Source: Vermamoeba vermiformis (taxonomy: Eukaryota). From it: a stretch of 64,000 nt of DNA. The translations under genes and the position numbers were made by a program. Positions 1 to 13,803 of this stretch are shown piece after piece. Under the pieces are notes generated by a model. It had not been told where the DNA came from. It did no database searches and saw nothing but the letters and a program-made list of their open reading frames with translations. Where the stretch lies: assembly GCA_045837725.1 (NCBI GenBank), contig JBEWZL010000044.1:310001-374000 (forward strand). The letters are read 5' to 3'. Each line of letters starts with the position of its first letter. Within the stretch, counting starts at the first letter, position 1.

Positions 1-30
1 AATCTAACATTTATACATTGCACGTTATAT

Positions 31-1000
31 TTACACGGTTTCTGTCGCATTTTCAACTTGCCACTCTTGCTCGTAAAACAGCAGATCGAGCACATCCATC
101 ATAGTAAATGTTCGTACTTCGTGCACGCTGATGACTTCATCGAATACATTCTGCATCTTGTACCACTTAGCGTCTCTTCGTGCCTCTTGCAACATGCCGA
201 CAATGTTCTCGCACAACTTGTTGTCGAATAGGTTCTTGATGCACCGACCAGTACACAAGTCTTCATACGGCAAGTTACACACCTCCGTCATGCAGTCTTC
301 ATATTGGTTATTCGGTATCATTGCGTCTAACATACCTAGGAATGAAACTACGTGTTATAAAAGCCAGTACAAACTAATGAAATAAATTTGATAATATTTC
401 CTTTTATGGTAAATAAGCTACGTACCAATCGAATAAACATAGCCAGCCCCGCCTTCGCAGTAAATATCGCCCCAATTATTATGGAACTTGCCCATGTAAT
501 GTGGCTCTTGCCAATCAAAGTGCGACAAGCGCTCTAGTAGTCGCGGATACACGATGAAACTGTCGTCATCGAGTTTTACGAACCATTTTTTCTGCGAATA
601 ATGCTGGTACGCGTGCTTGAATGCCGCAATCACTTTGTTCTTCATTGCGCGGCCTTGCTCAGCTGCAACAATAGAATTAATAACTGCATAAGATTTATAT
701 GCACCTATTTGTATCTATTACCTCCGCCTACATTGACGCAGTTCGGTACTTTCGTGCACTCAAAATCAGAATAAAATACGAGACTATCATTGGGTAATCG
801 TTTGAGCCACGTTCTATAGCCCCAATCTTCACGCTCTGCTCTTCCAGTGCCTGTGCAACAAATTGGATTATAATCAAAGCTAAGATAATTTCAGCGAAGG
901 AACTTCGTATCGGATCTCCAAATCTTACCAGTAAATACCATGAACAATACGTCGTCCAAGGTAATGGGATATTTTGGTGCTGTGCTCGTAATGTCATCAT
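31..1000 (-). CDS. GT31 family (C1GALT1/fringe-like) beta-1,3-glycosyltransferase, spliced
   Basis: Exon peptides KKWFVKLDDDSFIVYPRLLERLSHFDWQEPHYMG, YCEGGAGYVYS and YEDLCTGRC match the GT31 DxD and GGAG motifs. ORFs at 31-333, 418-645 and 728-1000 are joined by GT-AG introns. Confidence 0.8.
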
Positions 1001-1476
1001 TATTTTTTGGGCTGTTACTCTGCTTTGTTGGATCTGACGTTGGCACGGAATTGCTAAATCCGAAAATTAGAAAAAATAGTAGGAATAATTAAGCGTGTAT
1101 ATATAGAGCATAAATACATTTCCTGCTATAATAGAATTTTTCCACTTAAATTAAAAATAATTACCTAATTGGCATTTTAATATCATCGTCGTTAATTGTG
1201 TGAGTCTCCTCAACCACTTGCACTATTTTTGGTGCATTGTATGTGCTCAAAAACGTTGCCCAAAAGGTCAGCGATATGATAGATCCAACTACTACACCAA
1301 AGAAAAATTGTCTATTTATGACCATTGGTGAGTGTATTAATAGTCCGTTGAGCTGTCACTATGTCTTCATCAATTGAACTATGGTGTTATGTAAAGGCAC
1401 TGCACGTTGAATAAATAAATCGATTTTAATTAACTATTTACATCAAATTCACAAAATTACTATTGTACAAAAAGAG

Positions 1477-3308
1477 TTAGTTGTTGCGTGGACTTGCAGC
1501 GCCAGCATCGATCGTCTGCATGCCGTGGGCAGCTAGATCGTTGACAGGGAGGCAAATCTTGATCTCAGGGATCATGCCAGCCATGGGTCTCAAATCAGAA
1601 GCCGAGACGCGAGGGCTGATAGGAGGCGTCTTGAGAGCCAACTGAGTATCCATCAGGATCTTGACTTGAGGGTTGTACTCTTGTAAGCTAGAGACTGAAG
1701 CTGGAGTCAATTTCTCGCAGCGGCGGAGATCCACCGATTTGATCGGTGAGCGGATGTCAACCAGTGTTTGAACAGAGAAGTCGGTGATCAAGGAGCAGCT
1801 TCTCAAGGTTAAGTTGGAGAGCGCAGGGCACGATCTAATGATCCAGGTAACGCTCTGCAATAAATTGGAATTAGATCAAGTTTGCAAAATATTTCCTAAA
1901 ATAGACGGCATTCAATTTACGAAAGATTCTTTACCTTATCCGTAACTTTACTGCAAAAGCTGATATCCAACGTGCTTAGCTTCTTGCAGCGCTGTCCAAT
2001 GAACATCAAGCCAGAATCAGTGATGCTCCAGCACGAAGAGAGGTTCAAACTCGTCAAATTTCTGCAATAACTAGCGCACGCCAACAACGCCTCGTTGGTC
2101 AAAAACTCGCAGGCCGACAAGTTCAATTCCTGCAATACGCATCGTTAGTCCTGCACAACACTGAAGTCAGTTCCACATACCTGAATGTTAGGACATGAGC
2201 TGACAATTTGCTTCAGTGAACTGTTTCTCAAATTGATGCAGCCGGCAAAGTTCAAACGAGTCACTTTGTTGCTCAAAAAGCTGATCATGTTGAATCCTTT
2301 CTCTATAATAGATAATAATTTTGGGTCAATTACCGCAAGAGTAATCAGATCTAAGTTACGTACCAGTGAGTTGCAAGCAGTGCGACAAATCGATGCTCGT
2401 GACTTTAGTAAATTTCTGTAAAATCTTCTTCAACACGAGGTCTATTTTAAGCGAATTAGTACGCGGTCATATATACAGCGAAAATGACACGTGTCATTAA
2501 ACTCGCTTTCGATGCAGTAAATCGCTACTATATGATTCCTAGTAGCATATTTAAGCCTTACTATTGCTGAATTAAAACTTACCGGTCACATTTTTAATCG
2601 GGGAGAAAAATCCAGAGAAATCAATGGTTTGCAAAGGCAAGCTAGCGGTCATGTCGTACGTGTTGTGACACAACTCAGAGAAGCCTACTAATTGCCTATA
2701 GTCATATCTTAGTATATTGTCATCGAGGGATAGGTCTATAATCATCTAGCAATCAAAAGAATTCCTTACTTGATGTCTAAGTAACTGGTGAAAATTTCAA
2801 GGATTATTTCGTTCGGCAATTGAGCGAAAACTGAGAGATTAGCCTGCGAATACAGATATTAGTATAATTACATAGAATTTTATTCCGTTGCGACTGAAAG
2901 ATTTGTGTTGGATCGTACCTTGGATTTAGCAGGATCGACGACGAATCGATCGGACTTGGGATAGGAACCCTCTCGCGAGGCAGGAGGGGCACTAGTATAC
3001 ACCTCTTGGCCTGCTTCGGGTGTAGCAACCAAAATGTCAGTCGAGTTACGTTGCGTGATGGTGAATCTGCCCAGTGCAGCGATAGTCTCAGAACGATTTC
3101 TCTTGTGACTGAATGCCGAGGAAGAAGCTGAAGTAGGCTCTGCAATGCTGTTGCTGCGAGGTTTGGGGGAATAAGACTCTTCCATATTAATGACATTGTC
3201 GTCATCATCATCGTCGTCGTCGTTCACCATTTCAATGCGCAGATCTTCCGCTGAAGTCTTTGAAAGTAACGCGTAAATATAGTCTCGCGGGTTAAATACG
3301 TCGGTCAT
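1477..3308 (-). CDS. F-box/leucine-rich-repeat protein (FBXL-like), multi-exon
   Basis: ATG at 3308 (MTDVFNPRDY). F-box-like FAQLPNEIILEIFTSYLDIK. Cys-containing LRRs such as LNLSACEFLTNEAL, CRNLTSLNLSSCWSITDSGL and CPALSNLTLRSCSLITD. Confidence 0.85.
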
Positions 3309-3672
3309 TTGTAAATTAAATAAAGAGCACAAGAAAGAAGCGTTAGAAAGTTGAGGCCAAAAATGAGATCCAGCCGCGTTTGGCTTAAAGTACAATAAAT
3401 GAGAGTTTATGAGGCCAAAAACTCGACATTTAAAGTTACTCATTGGCCAGCACGAAGTCACGTAATACTTGAGCGTCGTTCCTTCACCGTTCTCGCATAT
3501 TTTTTGGAAATTTCGATGAACGCTGCAAGCGGCTCTTCATATGTCATCCAAAAGCTCGTACAAATTTCCAAGTCGATAAAATAACACGTTCTTGCCAACA
3601 TCATTCGAATTTAATCGGAAAGATTTGGCAACAAATCGGGCTTGATTTAATTTTGAAGCCTTGTTAAATCGG

Positions 3673-4137
3673 CTAATTCTCTGTCTAGGATTGTTTCATA
3701 TTAACTGTTTTATGCACTTACCGTATGCGTAAAGTCTGCTTTTCTGAATTGCTGGTCATATTTGATAATTTGATAACATCCATCACAAACCCGACTATTC
3801 TTCATTGTTCTGAGGTTTAGTATTGTCTTATTCTTGCTACAATTCGCACAAAAAGGTCCTGCGCACCTCTTGCAAGTATGCTGAACGAGCTGCAGTTAGT
3901 TGTGATCGGATGGGAGAAAAAAATAATTGCAAAACAATTATTGACTCTATTACGATGATTGTAAAGAGTTATTATTGAATTTAGATACGCATGAATAAAA
4001 TAAATGCTTAAATTCAGCAAAAAAACAGAAATAAATGGAGATCTTACTCTTCTGTTAAACAGATTGAAGGTTTTTTGGCATTGTTTGCAGAACTTGGCCT
4101 TCAAGTGTCTCTTTGACAATACTCGCTTCGCCTCCAT
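3673..4137 (-). CDS. Small stand-alone FYVE-type zinc finger protein (~87 aa)
   Basis: Exon 4137-4048 spliced to the exon starting at 3880 gives CKQCQKTFNLFNRRHTCKRCAGPFCANCS...RVCDGC, the 8-Cys FYVE spacing. The 3' end is uncertain (3673 or 3710). Confidence 0.75.
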
Positions 4138-4853
4138 CGCGTTCGTGGTATACTAGACTATTCGTTTTAGAACAATAAAAATGCGCTTCACGAAGTCAAT
4201 GTCAAAATAACGTCGTCAGTTAGTCAAGGGAAATTTCGATTGATTCGCTGACTCCAGCCCAAAATAGCAGTGACGACTTTCTGGCAGGAGCAATTGTAAC
4301 CAGGACCGGTCTATGATTCGTCAATTTCGCTGCTTTGATATACTTTGCTTTAGCATTATTTCGCGATCCGAAGCTAGTGACCGCAGCACTTGTCATAGAT
4401 ATGCTTCTGCATGATTAGACCACGTTTTGGGCTCGATTTAAGGTCGATTTTACCTCAGTTCAAATTTTTGATCTTGCTGAGGTCTCATATGTCAATCGAT
4501 TGAATGCGTATACCACTGCTGGGTACTTATATGAAGAGACTAGCATTGTTAATAGGTTGATAAGTGGTATTTTGATCGCGGAGAAATCAATCGTGTTTAG
4601 CGGAGGAAAGGTGATCCGGTTGCGTAGGACTGTGGAAAATAAGGGTGAGTAAATTGTACGATACAATTTAGTAATATTTAAATATATCCGCCAGCACGTT
4701 AAATTTAATAAAGTCCGTTAGAGATTTTGTAAAAATTTATGGATTTCAAGATATTTGGCTGTTGTTCTTGTTTAACCGTGAAAATATCTCGAGGATTTTC
4801 TTTTGATTTGCGGTTATATCGTTATTAATTCAAATATTTAGGACTTACAAACA

Positions 4854-6386
4854 ATGCATCTGAATCAAGTCTCGTTCGCTTGGCGCGTTTTTGTTCTTTT
4901 CGGTTTAACTTCGGTATTAGCTCAACATTACGATGTAATGGACAAACTAAGAGGTGTCTACATCATGGGCGCGTTTGGTGATAGTTATGGTAACTAACTG
5001 AAAGAATGAGTTTTGCATCTGATCAATTTTCAGGCGCTGCTACCGAGCAAAGTGCTCTAAAGGGCTTTATTACTCATAATACGTGCCTATTGACGGCTTC
5101 AGGCACATATTATAACGTAAACGAATCAAATGTCTGGTGGATTTGGCCTCCTCCTGCAACCGTCCAAAATTATCCATCCATTACTGATGATACATCCTAC
5201 CGAGCGTTTATTCTTGAGAGTTACATCATAGACGTGCTTGAAAAGAAACGTAAGCCTTTGTATCCATCACCAAACCTAACACTTAGCCAGTACAATTCAG
5301 CGAATCCAATTTCAAGGAGTGGATGCAGCAGCGAAGCGATGTTTTGTGGCAGAAATCACTTGAATGGCCTCGCGATTGGCTATTGTACAGTGAGCGCGAG
5401 ATGATTTCAGATTGGCTCGTCATGTTCGATCTTGCCAAAGTACCGCCACTTCCATCCGCTCCTCGCCAACACGGCACCAATCCGTTCTATAATCCAAACA
5501 CTCCAGTGGTGTTTGGTATGTACTTGTACCTGCAATTAGCTGCCTCGTACGCTACTTCACACTCATACTCAGCTTTTGAAGTTTTTACTATATTTAGGTA
5601 ACTTTTATTTCATAATAACATCTTTACATTAAACCAAACATAGAAATATCACCGCATTAGATGAGCAGTACGCCCATGAGGTCACTGGTTTGTTTGCAGC
5701 GCTCTTGTTTGACGCAATGCAGCATGATCCATTCACCGAACGACACTCATTCTCTGATTGGTGGATCAAACGAGTGATCACGTGGTCTAATTACTGGTCA
5801 AGCAGTGACGACATGAACATGAAAGCGATCAGAGATTATATCAATCAAACGTACTATCTTGGACTCAGCATGCGAGGTCGGACCAGATCTGAGTGAGTGA
5901 ATTTCCTCGAATAGAATTCTCGTGCTAATAGGCCAAGTAGTTTTCTGGTAGCATATCAAGGGCTATTGAATGACCCTAGTATTTCTCCACACCACGCGAT
6001 GAAGTTGCAAGATCCACTCACAATGCTCGGTTTGGTAACTGCCTCACTCGCGTACGAACCACTGAATGCCACGTGTCAAGTCATGTTACTCATGCAGCTC
6101 ATCACTTCTGCTCCCGCTGATACAGGTAAACTCTATCATTACCATTATCGACGTGGAATCATTCATTGGACTAGACACTCTGGCTTCCTTTTTTGGAATG
6201 ATTGTCGGTGGATACTTCGGCGAGACTATTTTACGAGCGGATAATCAGTGCATTTGCGAATCAAATTCAGTGAACTTGGGTGATCAGCTCTCAATTTTGG
6301 ATGAAGTGTTGATGTTCATATATGGAATCGACTACAAACAGCGCGCAGAATTGTTGCTTGAATTTGGCAAGGTGCTTTCGAAATGA
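4854..6386 (+). CDS. ADP-ribosylglycohydrolase (ARH/DraG/crystallin J1) family protein with predicted signal peptide, multi-exon
   Basis: Spliced N-terminus MHLNQVSFAWRVFVLFGLTSVLAQHYDVMDKLRGVYIMGAFGDSYGAATE (intron 4990-5033), an SITDDT motif, and C-terminal GLDTLASFFGMIVGGYFG. Confidence 0.75.
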
Positions 6387-6595
6387 CATCCTTAAAGCGG
6401 TAAGTTGCTCACTGGCTTTTCGGTTATTACTCGAATACTAACAAAAATTGTTCGGTACCAGATACCTCTGATAGCAAAATAAAGACCGCGTGAGTTGCAG
6501 AATGATATTCCGAAAGAAACCACCTCGACACTTGTTGAACGTGCTCAATAAAGACTGAATGTTGTTCGACAAAATCAAGCAAGCTGCTTTGCCAT

Positions 6596-9500
6596 TTATT
6601 TCTGCTGTACAGACTGGTTCTCTTGTTGAATGAGACCCCACACTGCATTCAAGAGCTGATTCAGATTGGCATTGCCTTGTGCAAATGTGTCGATCAAGTA
6701 CTTAAATACCGGTGCACTCAATAGGTCTGTAGCGTGGTTAGTACGAAGTGAATATAACATCAGGCAGTGCGCGTACCTTTAGTTTCTGTGCTGGTACCAA
6801 ACTGGAACAGAACTGACTTGCGGATCTCGACTTCAATGCGGTCATCGACCATGCTGTCCAAGGCGCGGCTCCATTCCTCCCATCTAAAAACACATGGTTT
6901 AGTACCTGCTCACTTCTACCCGCCTGCCTCTACTTACGGATCAACTTGAAGTGTTCTGCGGGCAATTAACAAATGCAAATTGTCACGCTCTTGTTGCGAT
7001 TGTAACTGCAATAGAATATGAGCACTTGTCTATTGTACATTACTCAATGAATTGCCTTACCAGTGATGTGTTCTTGAAGACATCAGCAGCAACCAAAAAG
7101 TCAGAGAACTCCAAGTCATTGCGCTGAATGGTCAAGGTGTCGCTGTTCTCGTCACGCGCCAGACCAAGACTCAGTGCAATCACTTCGTACGGCGAGACAG
7201 GCTTGCGCAAGAACTGCTCGAGATTAGCATCGCCGACTCGTTGCGCCATTGTTTCGAGCTTCGATTGAGCACGCAACAGATACAGATTTTGATCCACCAA
7301 GCGGAATTTATCTGCGGTAAATTATGTTAGTTCCGTGCACGCTATGTAACACGAGTCAGGCGTACCGTGATTGAATTCGTTGAGATTGTAGTCGGCCAAA
7401 TAAGACAATTTTGACAGCGAGAACAGTGTTTGACGTCTGGTTGTGGCGTCTTGTTCTTGCAGGGCCAACTCAGTCAACAAATCACTCGCAGGTTCAAATT
7501 GTTTGGTCTGCAAGAGATGCAACCAGCGCAGTTCAGGATGAGGCACTAAGAACTTGTCGAGGTCGCGCCAATACTCTTCGCTTTGATTCATCAATTCTCG
7601 CTTTCGTCCGTTCAATAAGAGCCATTGGAACAAGAATTCTGGGAACTTTTCGTCTTTGAATTGACGTTTGTATTGTTCTAGACGTTGATTGTCGTTCAAC
7701 ACATCGCAGATTTGCACTAACTCGTTGAATTCCTGCAATAGGTGATATTAATATTTGATATATAGACCCGTGTCCTGTGCGTACTCTGTATTTTTCGGCC
7801 AAATCACGGGCAAAATCAAATTTCTTGTGTGCACTGAACGGATGAATGAATCGTTTCTTGGCCTCGTCGAATTTAATGGCCAATGATTCGTAGTCGAGCT
7901 GTGATGTTTCATTTGACATACTGTGTTAAATGTTAGTAAATGTGATCGATAACCAAACAAGTAATGCCGCTTACTCTCGTGCCAAACTCTCCAATTGAAC
8001 GCGATAGCCGCGCAACAACACATCAGTGAGGTTGTAAGCTTGACTGAAGAGCAGATCGACATTGACTTTCACTGCACTTTGCAAGCTCTCGTTGAGGAAC
8101 AGCTGCGTCAAATCAATTTGTTGTGCCAGCACTTCGCGCACATTAGGCTCGAAGGTCCAAAGTGTCAGTGAGCCGAGACCGACATACAACTGTGCTACTT
8201 GGTCGCGATAAGAATCAACTGAGAGCAGAATTGCCTCGAAGATTTGATTGACTTGACGCAACAGTTCAAAGCGGTTTTGCATGTCAGCTGCGGTCAAGAC
8301 ACGTGTCGTGCTCATGATTGTCAAAGCAATGGCGTGGACTTGTTTCAAAATGTCGTCTACGTGTGAAATCTGAAGGAATGTTAGGACAAGCTGTGAGAGA
8401 TACCAAATCCTGTTTACCGTTTCGTAGAAGAGCTCTTGTCCGCGCCATCGGTCTATCGTTGAAGTTTGCGGAGATCGTTCGGAGATTGCAGCATTGATGC
8501 ACTTAACCATCAATTCAGTTGACAGCTTTTGTTCCTCTTGCGTGTTTTGAAGACTTCGCAATGATGCAGCGGCGTGTAATTTTTCGCCAAACTCCAACAC
8601 TTTTGAGCGGGTGGCAGTACTCAGCTATCACATGATAATTAGCAATCGATAATACTATGTGCTCTTCTTACCTGATCCCATAGACCAGTCCTAACTAGGA
8701 ATTCTAATACGACTTTGTGTTTTCTCTTCTTATCTTCAATTTGTGTGTAAATGAGCAGTGAGGCAGATGACTTGGTAGCTGCATACAACGTTAACCGAGG
8801 TCAAGTGAAGTAAGTGCCATAATAAGTCATACCCTTGGCAATATCTTCTGACCATCGCTCAGCACTAGCCTTAGCGTCAACGAGTTGTTGCGACATGGCG
8901 ATGACAGCCGCATTTAAATCAATTTTCTTCAGTGACTCAGCTACGCCTTTGTAGCGCTCATCTTCAGTGATGTAGCAATTGACTGCGTGAATCAGCGTCT
9001 TAATTTGGACGTCCAACTGTTGAAGTGAATCGATGCTCATGCGCTGTCAAAGTGTTAGTTCAATTGAGTCATCATATCTATGTCTCACATTGCTTACTGG
9101 TGACGCCTCCACAGCAGCGCTGCGTGTCTCAACTTGCATACTGTGCATGGTTAGTAATTGCTTATTATGACCAACAGTCAATCTTACCTCATTGAAGTCA
9201 AGTTCGGCTGTGAAATCAAAATGATGCCATGACGAGGTGAGACGACTAAAATGCCATCGGGTCTTTGTCGTGTAACACCTGTGCCGATCACGAGCTCGTC
9301 GCGTGATTCAAATGAAATTCCGTCCTCGACACGATCATCGTAAGGTACTTGACAGCATTGAACTGTGCGTGCCGCCACGGCATAAGCACCTTCACCAGCT
9401 AGCATCAGAGTGACATCTTCATCGTTAGAGCTGATTAAGGAAGGTCCAAGATTGATGTGGCTCAATGGGGAGTTGCCAACAGTGTCTTGTGCGACACCTT

Positions 9501-10884
9501 CCTCAGAATCCACGTCACCGGCAAACTGAAGAGTGTGGAAGTAAAATCGAGACAAGAGTGTGAGACAGTTGGGACCAGGACCAAGAGCCAATTGGAGCAA
9601 AGGCACGTGCTCGCCGGTCTCGGATATCACACCTGAGATCAGCGCTTGTACGGGCCATTCAGAGACGAGCTGATGGGAGTATTAGGAATGTTTAATGTGT
9701 AAATGCTATTTTGGTACCTTCTCGGCACTGTGTTGTGAAAATTGCCATCGTTGAAGAGTGTTTTCATTCAATACCCAAACATCTCTAGTCCAATTGTAAT
9801 TATATATGTTACATTTATATTATTCTAACGTACCTAGCACCAGAGCTTTGAACATTTCCCGTGATAATTGATCGCACTGGTGGTCCGTTGTTCTTGTTCA
9901 ATCGCAACAGTCGACCCAATCCTCCTAACACACCACTCGATTTGACAATCTCTCGTGCTCTCAACGGTGCACTGCCTTGATTGACAGCCACGTGAAACAA
10001 TCGTCCAGTTGATGAGCCCAACAAATATCCAATGTCTTCAGCACCGCTCAACACGCAGCATCGTTCTTCGCCTTGCAGAGGCAATGACACCTCTACGATG
10101 CGCTGTGGCTCTGCCAATCGAGGCCAGTAGCGCAATGTACCTTCGGGACTGCAATACAACAGTCCGTGCTCTCTGTGCATTATCTCATTTAGCGTGCTGT
10201 TCGTGAACAATTTTAATGACCAGCACGACGTACCTATTTTGAATGACTAATGCCACCATCTTCGCGTCAGGAAGGTCATTGGAGTTCGGCAAGGGCAACT
10301 TCAAGCAGTCCTGCAAGCGTGCACGTGTCAATAACAGTCCTCGAGTGACATCAGTAATAACTGTACCGTTTTGGCTGTTCCCTTTTTGCACTTCCAAAAA
10401 TATAACTGCTGTGACGCCCCTTTCTTAATAATAGCCCACGCATATTCAGATTCGTGAATGTAAATGCTGCTCTCTTTGGTGAGGTCTGGATCGTGTTGGC
10501 ATTAGATATTTTTAAAATTCAAATCAACGAATAATTCATAATACCCAATATTCCATTTAATTCTTCGAGCACTGAAAATGGCAGAGCTGCATACGGCTCA
10601 ATAACATGGCGATCTGTCTCTTGAAAAATATTTTTTTCTGATCTGCTGTATTAAAATTGTTAAGAACTTGCAAACATTATTGGTTTATTTAATTATAGTA
10701 TATTGGTAATTATTATAATATTTTGGCTAATTATATAAAGCGCTTGCCTTGGATTACGTCCGAGTGGCGGTGTTGTTTTTGTAACGACTCTAGACGGTGT
10801 ATTAATAAGACTAGGACTCAACGTATTCCTGTCCGTGGTACTAGGCAGAAAGCTAGGTGTCTGTAATCGCTTGGATGTGAACAT
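6596..10884 (-). CDS. NUP133: Nuclear pore complex protein Nup133, multi-exon
   Basis: N-terminal S/T/P-rich tail and beta-propeller-like exons (SPEGTLRYWP). The C-terminal helical region ELRWLHLLQTKQFEPASDLLTELALQE...RRQTLFSLSKLSYLA is typical of Nup133. Stop reconstructed at 6596-6598. Confidence 0.85.
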
Positions 10885-11306
10885 GCTGATCTAGGCACTA
10901 TCAATTCAGGGCCGTAGTTTTAATGGCGGACTAATGTATATACAATGGACGAATCAAGCACCTATTGAGCTGTGTGCTAGTGGTCGAGCACGAGTGAACA
11001 AAAAAAGAGCGCGAACAATTCCATATTTTTCAAAGCCCAGAAACAATGCACAACAAGGGTCACCTTGCTTTTTATCACCAACTTTACTGTCAGTTCGCGG
11101 TGTTGACAGCACATGCACGAAAGCTGAAGATTTATGCAAGATCTGGTGTTGACTCCGCTGGCTGTTATGAACCCGAAAGCACAGCGTTAAATTTTATTGC
11201 AGCACGTGCTGACCAGAGACATTTCTCGCACTGACATGATGGCGTTTCGGCAATAAATTGCTCACACTGGTCATATTTTTAATTTTAATTCTATCCAGCG
11301 CCACAA

Positions 11307-13609
11307 ATGGTAGTGTTTAACGCTATAAGCGCTCCGATTCAACTTTCTAATCGATATTCTATCAATATAGAAGACCCTCACGCTTGTTTGCACCATCCTC
11401 GTGGCCGTTCACGTTGGCAACGCCACAGCATACGACTTCTACGTGTCTGGCTACGGAGCGACTGTTGATGACAACAACGACGATGCAGCAGTAAGTATAG
11501 GTCTTATCATTAATTAGCGCAACTCGTTTGTTGAAGCTGTCAATAGAATCAAAAAAATTAATGTTTGTGATTGCGTCAAACTTATTAACTCAAGTTGCAA
11601 CAAATCTAAATGGCTCTGCCGGTCTTATTTACCGCTATGAAATTCCTCATAATGATTCGATTACCGAAAATCAGTGTTAATGTCATGTCAATAGATTTTG
11701 TTTCATTTTTGCGATCACAATATTTAATCCGGATTAACACTGTTAATTCAATGTGATTCACAAGTAAATACGCTAACCTCGTTTATAGGCCATTAATGCT
11801 GCTATCTATGCCGCTCGCTATCAAAATCCAGCTCCAACTGAAACCGCGACGATCTTTTTCAATAACGGCACATATTTGCTCAACAACACCCTCAGTGCCT
11901 ATTCTAACTGCAAGAACATCATCTTTGATGGCCGTGGTGCGACATTAGTCTTCACTACATTGAAGGTGGGCTTTTACTTTGACAACTGCGACAACATCAC
12001 GATCCAAAACATGTACATTGACTACTCGCCGCTGCCCTTCACTGGCGGCAAAGTGATTGCTTACAACTCCGTCGCCAAGTCCATTGACGTCGAGATTGTT
12101 GCGCCACATATCGCTGAGGCTCGCACAGCTCAAGCTATCATCACTTACGATCTGGATCGTTCTCGTTTCGGTTTGCTTACGACCACGAACAACACGATTA
12201 AGAACATTGACATCTATCAAACGAGCTATGCTACGCTCTCTCAAGTGATTCAAACTACCCCCACACAAGTGCTGCGTGTCTTCTTCCAGTCCTATGTCCC
12301 GGGCAGTTCATTCGTCGGTCAGAACGTAGTTGTGCGGTATCAAGTCTATCAATACAACGCCATCAACTTCCGCTCGTCGCGCAATTCGATCGTCAAGAAC
12401 ACTGTGGTGTGGACTGCTCCTGGCATGGGATTTGTGGCCTCGCAAAGTGTCGATGTCACGCTCGATGGTTATCAAGTTCGCAGAAAGGATGGTACGTCGC
12501 TGTTAACTATTCATAATAGCGTGCTATAGTATGAACATCTTTCCTTCAGGTCGCTGGATGAGCACTGCAGCTGATGGCAGTCACTTCAACAATGTGCGCG
12601 GTCTCATTACCATCAAGAACTCGTAAGTAATTTCAAATATCTTCGCATCGATGAAAATCATTATAATAATCCGTAAGTAATGTTCTAATATATGCATTTT
12701 AGCTACTACGAGGGCATGGGTGATGACGCTATTAACATCCACAACGAGCTCGGTGCGGTGTACTCGAAGAACACTACCACTATTGGCATTACTAAGGGCA
12801 TCAACAGACCCTCGCTGATCTCTGCCATTCAAGTCGGTGACGTCCTCAGCTTTGCCTCGCCTGACACGCCCTTCACACCCTACGCAACTTTCACTGTCAC
12901 TGCCGTGTCAACTGTCTCACCCATTATCTACTGTAACCTCGATGGCCCTATTACCAACATCAAGTACGTGCTTATTATGATTCTTTCTTATTGAAAACTA
13001 ACCTTTCCCCGTAGTGTCAACGACGTTGTCATCGTCGAGACAATTGCCGCAGCAGTGATTCAAAACACCGTTGTGCGCAAGAACAGAGCACGCGGCATCT
13101 TGGTGAACAACAAGAACACGTTGGTCGAGAACTGCAGCATTGAAGAGACCACTGGCCCCGCCATCTTGATGAGCTGTGACACGAGCAGCTGGTGGGAGGG
13201 TAACTGCGCTGAAGACGTTGTTATTCGCAACAATCGCTTCTACGAGAACAACTTTGGTGTCGCTCAAACTGCTGGCAATGTGCAGCTCTTGGCGCAGAAG
13301 AATGCGACCGCGTACACCTCTGCAGGTACATTCAGAAACTTGTCTTTCATCAACAACACCTTCGACGGCAACACTTACCGCTCGTTCATGCACATTGGTA
13401 CTGCGTCGAATGTATTGATTGAAAAGAATTCGTTTGACAATGCTAAGCTGCTCAATCCCTCCACTGAAACGGTAATCGTGTTGTGCAACAGCAATAATAT
13501 TACTGTGCAGTATAACACCTTGACGAGCACGCAAACGCTTGGCATGGCTTTCCCTGGCGGTTCTTGTAACGCTGCTACAACTAACTTGTACTACCAACCC
13601 AACGTGTAG
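11307..13609 (+). CDS. Secreted right-handed parallel beta-helix glycoside hydrolase, GH110 (alpha-1,3-galactosidase)-like
   Basis: ATG-only first coding exon (11307-11309), then signal peptide KTLTLVCTILVAVHVGNATA, YGATVDDNNDDAAAINAAI, IIFDGRGATL, MSTAADGSHF, GMGDDAINIH and NRARGILV, with many Asn-ladder beta-helix repeats. Confidence 0.75.
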
Positions 13610-13803
13610 AGGCGCATCTGCTAATAAAAAATAATGAGCACGTACTCCTGCACTTAATTTGTCGTGTTGTAGCAATTGTTGACGATAGAATAGACGTTCA
13701 TTAAAGTGCACAAAGTCACGTGATGGCAGCGTGATCGTTCAAGAACAAAACAAATTTTTTCTTTATTTAGCGTCACAATTGTAGCAGATCGAACACACAA
13801 CCA

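Noticed and set aside
6427-6648. ORF-track peptides as the Nup133 C-terminus or a separate gene
   Set aside because: The spliced Nup133 frame ends at 6596 in a different frame, so these ORFs are incidental.
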